Below are positions 1 through 8,159 of a DNA stretch of 64,000 nucleotides, one piece after another. The stretch's first letter is position 1. The number at the start of each line of letters is the position of its first letter. Source of the stretch: an uncultured virus (IMG/VR IMGVR_UViG_3300031722_000022) (Duplodnaviria > Heunggongvirae > Uroviricota > Caudoviricetes); the IMG/VR virus record IMGVR_UViG_3300031722_000022. One strand, 5' to 3'. A program made the position numbers and the translations under genes. The notes beneath the pieces were generated by a model that did not search any database, was not told the DNA's origin, and saw nothing but the letters and a program-made list of their open reading frames with translations.

Positions 1-201
1 GATTTCGACATTGAAACATTTGAAGTAGGTGGAGAGGACATTCTTGAGCAGTTGTCTATCATGCAAGTGCTTCGTGCCAATGGGAAATACGAAGACTATC
101 TCGATACAATCCTTGACATCGTCCTTGAGAAGGCCTATACTCAACACAGAGATGATTTCGAGGAACACTGTGGTAATGGCTACTACTCGAAATGGCATTG
201 A
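1..201 (+). CDS. 3' end of an acidic hypothetical phage protein (truncated by window edge)
   Basis: Frame 1 open from base 1 (DFDIETFEVGGEDIL...YYSKWH) to TGA at 199-201. Confidence 0.6.
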   Translation, partial: DFDIETFEVGGEDILEQLSIMQVLRANGKYEDYLDTILDIVLEKAYTQHRDDFEEHCGNGYYSKWH

Positions 202-249
202 AATAAATATTCAATTTATATTCTGATTATTTCACGGAGCGTACACAGA

Positions 250-426
250 ATGACTAAGAAGAAAGCTGCTACTAATAGGCCTGCCAAAGATGACGTAAGC
301 TACGTTGGCATTCCTTCTACAGGGTGTACAAGTAGCAAGCAGAATAATTGGTGGCGCTCTCATGAGAATGCCTTGCGGCGAGCGGCGTCCTATACAGACT
401 ACTCGCTTCCGTTCAAGATTAAATAA
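250..426 (+). CDS. hypothetical protein (58 aa)
   Basis: ATG at 250 after GGAG, open to TAA at 424-426; not in ORF track. Confidence 0.5.
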   Translation: MTKKKAATNRPAKDDVSYVGIPSTGCTSSKQNNWWRSHENALRRAASYTDYSLPFKIK

Positions 427-461
427 TATCTACGTAACACATACGATAAAGGAGAAGAATT

Positions 462-692
462 ATGAGTAAGTTTATTGAGTTGACTACCGGAAGAGATGAG
501 AAATTTCTAATTAATGTCGAGAGCATTGAGCAGATATGCAAACTTGATAAGGATTGGGCCTCTGGTTATGCTGTACACAGAGAATTCTTTAATGATATTA
601 CAAGTGTTGTGTATACTACACCACACATCGACTTGGATAATACTCAGTATGTTGTCGAAACATATGACCAAATCAAGACAATGTTGATGTAA
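462..692 (+). CDS. hypothetical protein
   Basis: AAGGAGA RBS; 76 aa ORF (FLINVESIEQI...VVETYDQI). Confidence 0.7.
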   Translation: MSKFIELTTGRDEKFLINVESIEQICKLDKDWASGYAVHREFFNDITSVVYTTPHIDLDNTQYVVETYDQIKTMLM

Positions 693-714
693 ATAATTTG
701 ACAGAAATAATTAT

Positions 715-743
715 AGCCACACTACAAATGTAGTGTGGCTTTC
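715..743 (+). terminator. intrinsic terminator
   Basis: AGCCACACTAC-AAAT-GTAGTGTGGCT followed by a short T/C run. Confidence 0.7.
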
Positions 744-895
744 TCCTATACCGGAAACTGGGAATATTATTTTGGTAAATCCTAGGAATTTCCTGCCGAA
801 ATTAAAAATTGGAAGTCCATTTTTCTTCCCAAATAGTGAGGGGCTATATTGAGAATTTTGCCACTGCTATAAAACTCTCTTTTGAAAAATGGGTC

Positions 896-1058
896 TGTGG
901 ATAACTTTTGTGGACAAATTGTGGATAACTTGATCGAAATAGTCAAAAACTGTCCACAGCCTGTGGATAAGTCGTATTCTGTCAACAGCTTCCCGCATTA
1001 TGAAATAATTAGTAAATTATCCACAGCAAGGCGTTGAAGTAGCAATTATTTATTCACA
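896..1058. promoter_or_regulatory. cluster of DnaA boxes
   Basis: Perfect TTATCCACA (either strand) at 896, 920, 962, 1017; near matches at 909 (TGTGGACAA), 950 (CTGTCCACA), 1050 (TTATTCACA). Confidence 0.85.
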
Positions 1059-1069
1059 ATTCCATATTC

Positions 1070-1085
1070 TGGCATATTTATTGCT
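1070..1085 (+). promoter_or_regulatory. sigma54 (RpoN) -24/-12 box
   Basis: TGGCAT-ATTTA-TTGCT. Confidence 0.6.
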
Positions 1086-1238
1086 CTGCAATGCTTAATA
1101 ATACACAGCTAGAATGCTATCCGCCGTCGGTCCTCCTGATCCGGCCTAAGCCGCGAAGGAACATGCCCATTGTACCATTGAAATTGTTGAATGCAATAGC
1201 CTGAGCTAAATTTATATGTGCCTGTTGAATGTCTATTC

Positions 1239-1254
1239 TGGCACAGTCTTTGCT
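1239..1254 (+). promoter_or_regulatory. sigma54 (RpoN) -24/-12 box
   Basis: TGGCAC-AGTCT-TTGCT matches TGGCAC-N5-TTGCW. Confidence 0.7.
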
Positions 1255-1306
1255 ACGCGTATGCGCGTCTATTGAATATAGAACGAAGGAAGAGCGAAGC
1301 TGTATT

Positions 1307-1361
1307 CTGTTACAAACTGTTACAATAAAGTGTTTGCCAATTGTCTAATTACCTTTATACT
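1307..1361 (+). promoter_or_regulatory. early sigma70-like promoter with upstream tandem TGTTACA repeat
   Basis: CTGTTACA x2 (10-bp period), then TTGCCA-16-TATACT. Confidence 0.55.
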
Positions 1362-1395
1362 TACGTTACACCTTAACTTTACCAGTGAGAACGAC

Positions 1396-1578
1396 ATGAA
1401 AAGCCTTTACGAACAGCTTGATTCCCTCGACGTACAATTGGTCGGCCTTCTTGTTGGAATTGATGCAGTAGGCCCAACATTCAGGAATAATTTGCGTGAT
1501 ATCCCTGCTATTGTTGGCGGGTATACGCTTTGTCAAGTTTCCAAAGCGTATCTTGAGCATATGCTTGCAAAGCAATAA
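1396..1578 (+). CDS. early hypothetical protein
   Basis: ATG at 1396 downstream of promoter, in frame with ORF 1330..1578. Confidence 0.55.
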   Translation: MKSLYEQLDSLDVQLVGLLVGIDAVGPTFRNNLRDIPAIVGGYTLCQVSKAYLEHMLAKQ

Positions 1579-1593
1579 TTGCTAGTGTAGAAT
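1565..1593 (+). promoter_or_regulatory. sigma70-like promoter
   Basis: TTGCAA-17-TAGAAT. Confidence 0.55.
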
Positions 1594-1781
1594 TCAATTC
1601 ATCAGCTAACGTTAAACATTCAACTAAGGGGCAACATCATGAAGCCAAAGACAGTAACGTTTTCCATCTCGTCAATTCGCTGGGCAATTCGCCACCATGT
1701 TGCAATCATCGTTTTCTGCTAGGAGAGAATCAGCGGATGCTGATTCCTTTCTCGACTAACATCTCGAAAGGTACTACTGCC

Positions 1782-1937
1782 ATGACAATCAACTATGACG
1801 AACAAACGGAGCTTGAAAGCATGAATGTTGAGACGTTGCTACATGAGCTTTCATTACTTGAGGATGACTGCGCAGAACGTGATACAATCGGCATTCTCGA
1901 TTTATCCTATCTTGGTGTATCACTGGACGACATGTAA
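1782..1937 (+). CDS. small acidic early protein
   Basis: MTINYDEQTELES..., D/E rich. Confidence 0.55.
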   Translation: MTINYDEQTELESMNVETLLHELSLLEDDCAERDTIGILDLSYLGVSLDDM

Positions 1938-2045
1938 ATGTGGAATCAAAAGAAAATTGTTGACACTTTAATTGTATGGATGATAGTATTCGTCCTGTTG
2001 GTCGTTCCGCAAATTATTCAACGTTCGTTCTAACTTACTGGAGTA

Positions 2046-2489
2046 TTGAAAATGAAATTCTCATCAATCAAGGGAGTTATCGAATTCTGTAACGACCTGT
2101 GCAGTTCACCAGATTGGCGGGAGGTCGTCGGATACATCGAATCGAACGATGATGATTTTGAAGTGGACAATGTCCGTTTCATTAAAGATGATGCAATCGA
2201 TAAGATTCAACAAGAAGAAATGGAAAACGACCTTTACATTCTTGGTTGTTTCAATGCTTGGTTTATCGCTGATTGTATCGGAATTGACACTGACGTTATC
2301 GCAGCAATGCAAAAGGCTGAAGCTTTCGAAGCCATTGGCAAGCGGATTATTTCAATGGGCAAGATCGAAGAAATGCAAGCGGCTTATGCTTCGTCAGATG
2401 GTTATGGGCACCATTTCAATAGCTACGATGGTATCGACGAAGAAATTGATATTGAAGGTGTTACATATCACGTTTTCGATAATCGTTAG
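2046..2489 (+). CDS. highly acidic early protein (possible DNA mimic)
   Basis: GGAG RBS; strongly D/E-rich 147 aa. Confidence 0.75.
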   Translation: MKMKFSSIKGVIEFCNDLCSSPDWREVVGYIESNDDDFEVDNVRFIKDDAIDKIQQEEMENDLYILGCFNAWFIADCIGIDTDVIAAMQKAEAFEAIGKRIISMGKIEEMQAAYASSDGYGHHFNSYDGIDEEIDIEGVTYHVFDNR

Positions 2490-2543
2490 ATAAATCTAAC
2501 GATTACATCGCTAACATTCAACAATCAACTAGGACTAAATATC

Positions 2544-2870
2544 ATGGCAAAGCTTACATTTGACGAAGCAATGGACAAAATCAATGACGGTATGCCCGCA
2601 TCTTGGAACGGCGTACAGGTGAAAGCGCTACGCCGGAAAGTATGGGTTGCAGAATGGCATATCCCCGGGTGCATGAGTGAATACCAAAGTTATTGCCTTA
2701 CGAAAGAAGAGGCAATCGAAACTTGCTGTATGTATGCTGAAGGCGAAGAGGGTATCCCGCGTGGCATGAAAACAGCATTGAGGAAGTACGGGCGATTCGA
2801 TAGTGAGTCAGTTTGTTTTGGCGATTGCATCAATACAATCGAGCGCTTGACGCTCAGTGACATTCTCTAA
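2544..2870 (+). CDS. early hypothetical protein
   Basis: AGGA RBS, 108 aa. Confidence 0.7.
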   Translation: MAKLTFDEAMDKINDGMPASWNGVQVKALRRKVWVAEWHIPGCMSEYQSYCLTKEEAIETCCMYAEGEEGIPRGMKTALRKYGRFDSESVCFGDCINTIERLTLSDIL

Positions 2871-2888
2871 CTAATTGGAGCATTCAAA

Positions 2889-3380
2889 ATGGAAATGATT
2901 AAATACCTTGCAAGCAATAACAAGCGGATTCCACTCATGGGTGATGACCTATCTGCTAACAAGATTGCACAATTGCCAGCAGTCAAGGGGCAAATTGGCA
3001 AAACAGGTATCCTTGAGCTTTTGCGTGGCGAGAAGAAACAAGTTAAGGGGTTCTCAATTGTTGAGGATAGAGCGCCCGACAGGGCTAACAAGATCGGCGT
3101 CGAGTACATTGGCACAGGCAAGATACGTCAGCGCAAGCCAATGGCAATCTACGTCAAGCCTTGCAAGGATAAAGGGCTTACAGGCCGCGAAGGGGGCGAT
3201 TTTAAGCGCTTCCTACTGGCAGTGTATAAGGGGGCTAACAAAAACCCTGCTGGCGTCGAATATGGAGCTTTGGCGGGTGAATTAGAAGGCTGGAGCCGCA
3301 ATATAGTAGCTGTCTACAGTGCGAGAGCTAAGGCACTAGGGTATGTCACAACAAGCCGCGAAAGCGGGAAGCTAAAGTAG
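2889..3380 (+). CDS. basic early protein, putative DNA-binding
   Basis: GGAG RBS; K/R rich with HTH-like segment (GKTGILELLRGEKKQVKGF). Confidence 0.6.
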   Translation: MEMIKYLASNNKRIPLMGDDLSANKIAQLPAVKGQIGKTGILELLRGEKKQVKGFSIVEDRAPDRANKIGVEYIGTGKIRQRKPMAIYVKPCKDKGLTGREGGDFKRFLLAVYKGANKNPAGVEYGALAGELEGWSRNIVAVYSARAKALGYVTTSRESGKLK

Positions 3381-3382
3381 CT

Positions 3383-3437
3383 TGTTACATACTGTTACAA
3401 TAAAGGGCTTGCACTCAATAGTTAAAGTATCTAGAAT
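3383..3437 (+). promoter_or_regulatory. early sigma70-like promoter with upstream tandem TGTTACA repeat
   Basis: TGTTACA at 3383 and 3393, then TTGCAC-17-TAGAAT. Confidence 0.6.
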
Positions 3438-3471
3438 GACTACATCAACTAACGCACAGGAAGCAAACATC

Positions 3472-3669
3472 ATGAAAACTTTTGATAACATCGAACAAAT
3501 AAGGCAAGCTGTTGATCGGGGCGATGAGGTCTACTGGCGTAATGACAGCTACCGGGTTATCAATGGATCAAGCGGCAAGGCTATCGTCTGGCGAGAGGAT
3601 AACCAGTATTGCGGTGGACATATCGATGACGATCAGCCAAAAGACTTCTATACAAAAGAGGAAAACTAA
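3472..3669 (+). CDS. early hypothetical protein
   Basis: AGGA RBS; MKTFDNIEQIRQAVDRGDEVYW. Confidence 0.65.
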   Translation: MKTFDNIEQIRQAVDRGDEVYWRNDSYRVINGSSGKAIVWREDNQYCGGHIDDDQPKDFYTKEEN

Positions 3670-3670
3670 A

Positions 3671-3820
3671 ATGCAACAATCCAAGAATGTAGAGAAACAA
3701 CAGCGTACACGCTTTAGCGAAGCTAACGAAATGATGCAACAGCGCGAAGCGCGTAAGCTTCAGCAAGAGCGAGAACGCCAAGAAGCAAGGGTTGCAAAGC
3801 AACAATTATTTGCTTGCTAA
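3671..3820 (+). CDS. small charged helical protein
   Basis: GAGG RBS; Q/R/E-rich 49 aa. Confidence 0.55.
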   Translation: MQQSKNVEKQQRTRFSEANEMMQQREARKLQQERERQEARVAKQQLFAC

Positions 3821-3875
3821 GGCGGAAGCTTTAGGCTAGAATCAGTTTTCTCACTCAACCAATGGACATGACATC

Positions 3876-4262
3876 ATGGAACTAAACATTACTGAATTTT
3901 TCAACAATTCTAACGCATTCGACTACTCGGCTTCAATTGCTGAAATGGGAGATAACGTAGGTATTGCTACGTGGCAGAATGCTTGCAATGCTGATTTTGT
4001 TCTATTGAGTAATGACGACGAATGCGAAAGTTTCCGCCAATATATCAAGGGCTTTGGTGCATGGAGTGACGAAGAAATTGCAGCATGGGACAATAATGAA
4101 TTGAATGCTTTGTGTATTCAGTTTGTCTCAGGTGAAATTAGGCAGTTCGAGGATGTAGCTGATAGTGACTGGGAAGAATACGAAAGGCTGTCTGAAGAAG
4201 GGCAATTAGGCGGATTGTGTAAAGGCGGTGACGATCAAGTTTATATTTATCTTAGTGAATAA
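3876..4262 (+). CDS. highly acidic early protein
   Basis: 128 aa, D/E and W rich. Confidence 0.75.
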   Translation: MELNITEFFNNSNAFDYSASIAEMGDNVGIATWQNACNADFVLLSNDDECESFRQYIKGFGAWSDEEIAAWDNNELNALCIQFVSGEIRQFEDVADSDWEEYERLSEEGQLGGLCKGGDDQVYIYLSE

Positions 4263-4275
4263 TTGAGGCTAGCAA

Positions 4276-4620
4276 ATGAAAATCAAAACTTCTGAATTGT
4301 CTGGTAATGCTTTAGATTATGCTGTCGCATTGTGCGAAGATGCGAGAGTAAATAAGGCGAGCTACCATACTGACTGGCTTATTAATGCTGATCGTAATTT
4401 TATGGCCTATGCGCCCTCTTCTGATTGGTCACAAGGCGGCCCGATTATTGATCGCGAGAAAATTAATATAAAATACGATAATTATATGTGGGGAGGTGAT
4501 CATCCCAGCGCTGTTTTTTATGAATACGCCAAAACTCCACTAATAGCAGCTATGTGTTGTTATGTAGCATCGAAGATTGGGGATTGTGTAGACATACCAG
4601 ACTCGCTTATTAACAATTAA
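4276..4620 (+). CDS. NinX/DUF2591-like phage protein
   Basis: KTSELSGNALDYAVA...YAPSSDWSQGGPII...TPLIAAM motifs recalled for this family. Confidence 0.7.
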   Translation: MKIKTSELSGNALDYAVALCEDARVNKASYHTDWLINADRNFMAYAPSSDWSQGGPIIDREKINIKYDNYMWGGDHPSAVFYEYAKTPLIAAMCCYVASKIGDCVDIPDSLINN

Positions 4621-4635
4621 TTGGAGCATTGAATA

Positions 4636-4827
4636 ATGAAAATCGAAATTAAGACCGATCCTTTGCATAAAAGCGTAGGTCACATTGTTGCACAAGTAGT
4701 AAATAACTCTTTTGCTTTCACAATGGAACGCTGGGTTAATCCTGAAGATGTAATCGAAACGATTCCCGCTGATCGAATGGCAAGGGAAGTATTTATGTTT
4801 TTCGAGCGGCAAGCAGAAAATAACTAA
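4636..4827 (+). CDS. hypothetical protein
   Basis: GGAG RBS, 63 aa. Confidence 0.55.
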   Translation: MKIEIKTDPLHKSVGHIVAQVVNNSFAFTMERWVNPEDVIETIPADRMAREVFMFFERQAENN

Positions 4828-4848
4828 TCAATCACTGGACATAATGTC

Positions 4849-5121
4849 ATGAACAAAATTACAGCATACGATGGTAATACACGCTTTGAACGTATATCAA
4901 AAGTCAAGGCGAAACAGTTGTTTAACGCTGGAAAGCCAATTGTGTTTTGTCCTGTTAAGCTTTATCCTTTTGGCGGGTTCCGCCCTTCGTGTATGATCCA
5001 AGGAGATGATGATCCTCATCAAGAGTTTGCAGACTACGTGCTACAATTTCAATGGTACAATTGCAATTGTTACGAAACAGGGTATTACACGGCGTTTTAT
5101 GTTAATAGCGAATTGATTTAA
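4849..5121 (+). CDS. hypothetical protein
   Basis: 90 aa ending YNCNCYETGYYTAFYV. Confidence 0.65.
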   Translation: MNKITAYDGNTRFERISKVKAKQLFNAGKPIVFCPVKLYPFGGFRPSCMIQGDDDPHQEFADYVLQFQWYNCNCYETGYYTAFYVNSELI

Positions 5122-5136
5122 TTGGAGCATAAAATA

Positions 5137-5333
5137 ATGAATAAGCATTCATTGCCAGGCGCGACGATGTCGCTATAGTAACCTATCATCGTAACCCTAC
5201 AAAGTATGAAATAAAATTTGGAGAAGGTGCTATTCATTATCGTGACTTTGACTCAGAAGAATGCTGTCATGATAATACAAGGATTCTTAAATCATGGTTT
5301 ATTGCTGATGATGGCTTACGTTATTATCGTTAG
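5137..5333 (+). pseudogene. frameshifted small phage gene
   Basis: GGAG RBS and ATG at 5137, but the protein-like body (AFIARRDDVAIVTYHRNPTKYEIKFGEGAIHYRDF...DDGLRYYR) is in the -1 frame; one extra base near 5143 would restore it. Confidence 0.6.
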
Positions 5334-5360
5334 ATAATGATCGGTAATAACATGATGCTA

Positions 5361-5387
5361 AAAGCCCTCGAAAGAGGGCTTTATTTT
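5361..5387 (+). terminator. intrinsic terminator ending early operon
   Basis: AAAGCCCTC-GAAA-GAGGGCTTT-ATTTT. Confidence 0.85.
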
Positions 5388-5399
5388 GCCTATAACAAT

Positions 5400-6450
5400 G
5401 ACAATAACGCACATAAACGCGCTATAACGCATTTGTTTATGCTTGGCTATACACTGCCATATGCAGCATGACAATAAGCCCTTACAGCGCCATAGCACAA
5501 GCCTGTAGGGCTATTCTACATGCTGCGTTAGCAGCCATTCCAGTTACTATTAAATGTTAGGCTATTCTAGGCTTATGTATAGAATTGTACATAAGGGCAG
5601 ATTCTATCGTGTAGTGTTATACATATAGCCCCTATGGGGCCAGCCTAACAAAGTGGCCTTCAGCCACATGGCGAGCATAGCCCATAGGGCCATTCATACA
5701 AGCGCTTCGCGCCAGGACCCCAGGCGCTTCAGCTTCGCCTAGTGCTATGAGACGAGACTATTAAATACCTGATTACTAACCCACCTACGGGGTTAAAAGG
5801 CTATCGCCTTGTTTGTGCATAAGGCGCTATGCGCTAGTAGGCAGGCACCTATGGTGCTATATGTACCAGCGCTTACAGCGCCATTAGACTGGCCCCTATG
5901 GGGCTATATAGCCATATGTGTAGATCATTATATATATGCTAATGAGTGTAGGACATGCCCCGTTAGGGGTTATATGTGGGCATGTAATGCAGTGTTATGA
6001 CTGGCTGCTATGCAGCTATTAACACGCGCCTATGGCGCTATATGTAATGACTGATAACAGTGTTATACGACGATGCGTGATACATCTATAGCAGGTTAAT
6101 AAGCGATAACTTAGTTGGTATCTTGATGCAAAGCATCTATTGGTTAAACCCCGTTACATTACACATACCCTACTACTATACTACACTATATTAACTATTA
6201 TTACATAACATATTCATTAATCATAGATTAATATTAAGCCTTAGCATTACAGATAATATTAAACACAATAACAGTTAATGTTATACACACGGCCCCATGG
6301 GGGCTAGTTCTATCCTATGCGAAGCATAGAGTATATCTATCATATGCTTATAGTTACATTTAACATAATGCTAGTTATACGTAGTTCAATGGTTACGAAG
6401 TAACAGACGATTGATAGCGCCTATGGCGCAGGGGCATGGTCGCCATGCGA
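5400..6450. repeat. array A of GC-stem, 3-nt-loop mini-hairpins
   Basis: GCCCCTATGGGGC, GCACCTATGGTGC, GCGCCTATGGCGC, GCTGCTATGCAGC, GCGCTTACAGCGC, GCGCTTCGCGC, CTATGCGAAGCATAG in a gene-free stretch. Confidence 0.85.
6358..6385 (-). promoter_or_regulatory. dif-like XerC/XerD site
   Basis: Minus strand ACTACGTATAA-CTAGCA-TTATGTTAAAT; 11-6-11 layout, XerD arm identical to E. coli dif. Confidence 0.75.
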
Positions 6451-6560
6451 CAAGGTATGTCTAACATTAAACAATATTAGTCTATTGATATTTTGGCTTT
6501 CATAAGGGATTGCTTATATAGGGTAGGGCGTGGATAAGCCACAACCCAGATAGATAACAA

Positions 6561-6584
6561 AATAGCCCTCAAAAGAGGGCTATT
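6561..6584 (-). terminator. intrinsic terminator (possibly bidirectional)
   Basis: AATAGCCCTC-AAAA-GAGGGCTATT. Confidence 0.7.
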
Positions 6585-6603
6585 GATATTGTTACACATG
6601 AAA

Positions 6604-8067
6604 TTACTTAAGTAATGTTATACTGTTACCCTCCAAAAATTTTTCAATTAAAATAGCAATCTCCGGAGGAGATGTTCCAACAAATGTTTCAGAACTTCCG
6701 TCAAAGATTTCGCTTGGTTGTTTATATTGCTGCCTTAGCAGCGTGAGTATTTCGTGTTCTGCGAACACAGCATCTTTGCCAATCATGTTCCAACTCTTAT
6801 AACACTTGAATAGAAACATTGCCCTTGTGCTCTTATGTATCTGTCTAATACGCCCCTCCGGGGTTTGATGAGTAATCCCAACTTTTACATACCCATTATC
6901 TGCAAGAAGAATATACAAGTTAGTTGGCCTACTTAGAGATAGTCCGTACTTAGCACAGTAAGGACAACCAACACCTTTGCCGTAGTTCCCATTGATATGA
7001 CCGGCAGCAGCTTGCTTGTAGGTATTCCCACATTCCTTGTGGGTAATCGTTACCTTCTCTCCAATAGACAAGTAGTCAGAGTATGAGTAGGCATCACCAT
7101 GCACAGCGAAAGCCCGCTGCTTGAACACATCAAGTGTTACTCTCTGTTCTGGGACACGAAGCACAAAGGGGCTGTTTGTTTTCTTCTTTAAATCCGTTAT
7201 GTTGTACGTCTTAATCTCACCAGTAGTAGTGTCTAAAAGTATATACCTATAATCCTCAGTAAAACCAAGGACTTCAACACCTTGTAGTATCTCCTTTTTC
7301 TCTTCTAGTAGGGCCAATCTCCAATCAACCAATTCACATGTTGGACATTTTCTTCCTTCAGTTAGTGACCTAATACTGCCTTCAAAGCTCCCGTGTTGTT
7401 CGCAGGTTGCAGCGACACATTGGTCTATTTCCCTTGTTCTTACTGAGTCTCTATCTATCTTGTATTGAGTCTTAGAGGATATCTCTCCATAGAAAGCATC
7501 TACCTCACTTGTTCTTTTACAGCTACAATGGCCTCCTCCGTTCATATGTAAAGCAGCATTGACAGAATAATTATTACCACAGTAGTTACAATGTATAAGA
7601 ATGTCCTGGTGATTATAAGGCTTCTCCTTGACATTTGAATAGTCATACCTTCCACTGTGTTTCTTGGTTGCGGTTTCTTTCCACCTCTCAAGTGTCCTTA
7701 CGTTGTAGAAATGTGGTGTTACCAACCCTCTTTCGATTGCATTCATTTGAGCAGTAACAAACTCATCGGGGTAGTCAATAAACTGTACTGTCACTTTCTT
7801 ATTGCCTTCGTATTTTGTGATGACTACCTTCCCAAATCTATTGGTATCATATACATCTCCTACTCGAACCTTTACTACAAGATTGTTATCGTCGGGATGA
7901 CAAGGAGGCCACAGTTTAAGAGTATTTGTTTCTCTATGGATTTCAACATCATCTTCAAATCTAATGACCACATCTTTACATCCATTATATTCTGTGATCT
8001 TACACTTCCTTCCCGTCTTAGATACCAATTCCATTCCCAACCAATAATCTCTAGCACTCTTTCCCAT
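6604..8067 (-). CDS. free-standing homing-endonuclease-like protein (Zn-finger repeats plus C-terminal GIY-YIG-like domain)
   Basis: HxxxYxYS and CxxC repeats; LYIL...VKVGIT...RIRQI...FDGSSETF. Confidence 0.75.
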   Translation of the reverse strand: MGKSARDYWLGMELVSKTGRKCKITEYNGCKDVVIRFEDDVEIHRETNTLKLWPPCHPDDNNLVVKVRVGDVYDTNRFGKVVITKYEGNKKVTVQFIDYPDEFVTAQMNAIERGLVTPHFYNVRTLERWKETATKKHSGRYDYSNVKEKPYNHQDILIHCNYCGNNYSVNAALHMNGGGHCSCKRTSEVDAFYGEISSKTQYKIDRDSVRTREIDQCVAATCEQHGSFEGSIRSLTEGRKCPTCELVDWRLALLEEKKEILQGVEVLGFTEDYRYILLDTTTGEIKTYNITDLKKKTNSPFVLRVPEQRVTLDVFKQRAFAVHGDAYSYSDYLSIGEKVTITHKECGNTYKQAAAGHINGNYGKGVGCPYCAKYGLSLSRPTNLYILLADNGYVKVGITHQTPEGRIRQIHKSTRAMFLFKCYKSWNMIGKDAVFAEHEILTLLRQQYKQPSEIFDGSSETFVGTSPPEIAILIEKFLEGNSITLLK

Positions 8068-8100
8068 TTATATTAAACCTCTTTTTATTAGTAACGTTTA

Positions 8101-8129
8101 ATTATACCATACAAAGCTGCTAAAGTCAA
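8101..8129 (-). promoter_or_regulatory. sigma70 promoter for endonuclease gene
   Basis: TTGACT-17-TATAAT on minus strand. Confidence 0.75.
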
Positions 8130-8159
8130 CAAGAGATTGTAAAGTTACTTGATATTCTT

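Noticed and set aside
780..895. Exact genome terminus or terminal-repeat boundary
   Set aside because: A/T tracts and the change in gene style are suggestive, but no second copy or read data are available here.
5809..6000. Short ORFs inside non-coding loci (also 782..985, 8533..8763, 25587..25787, 25725..25919)
   Set aside because: No RBS, atypical composition, and they overlap the motif arrays or RNA structure.
5400..6450. CRISPR array interpretation of the palindrome-rich regions
   Set aside because: Units are 11-15 bp, vary in sequence and are irregularly spaced; no cas genes.
6521..6537. KOPS octamer GGGTAGGG plus DnaA-like CGTGGATAA near the dif-like site
   Set aside because: Single short matches are expected by chance, and the octamer points away from the dif-like site.
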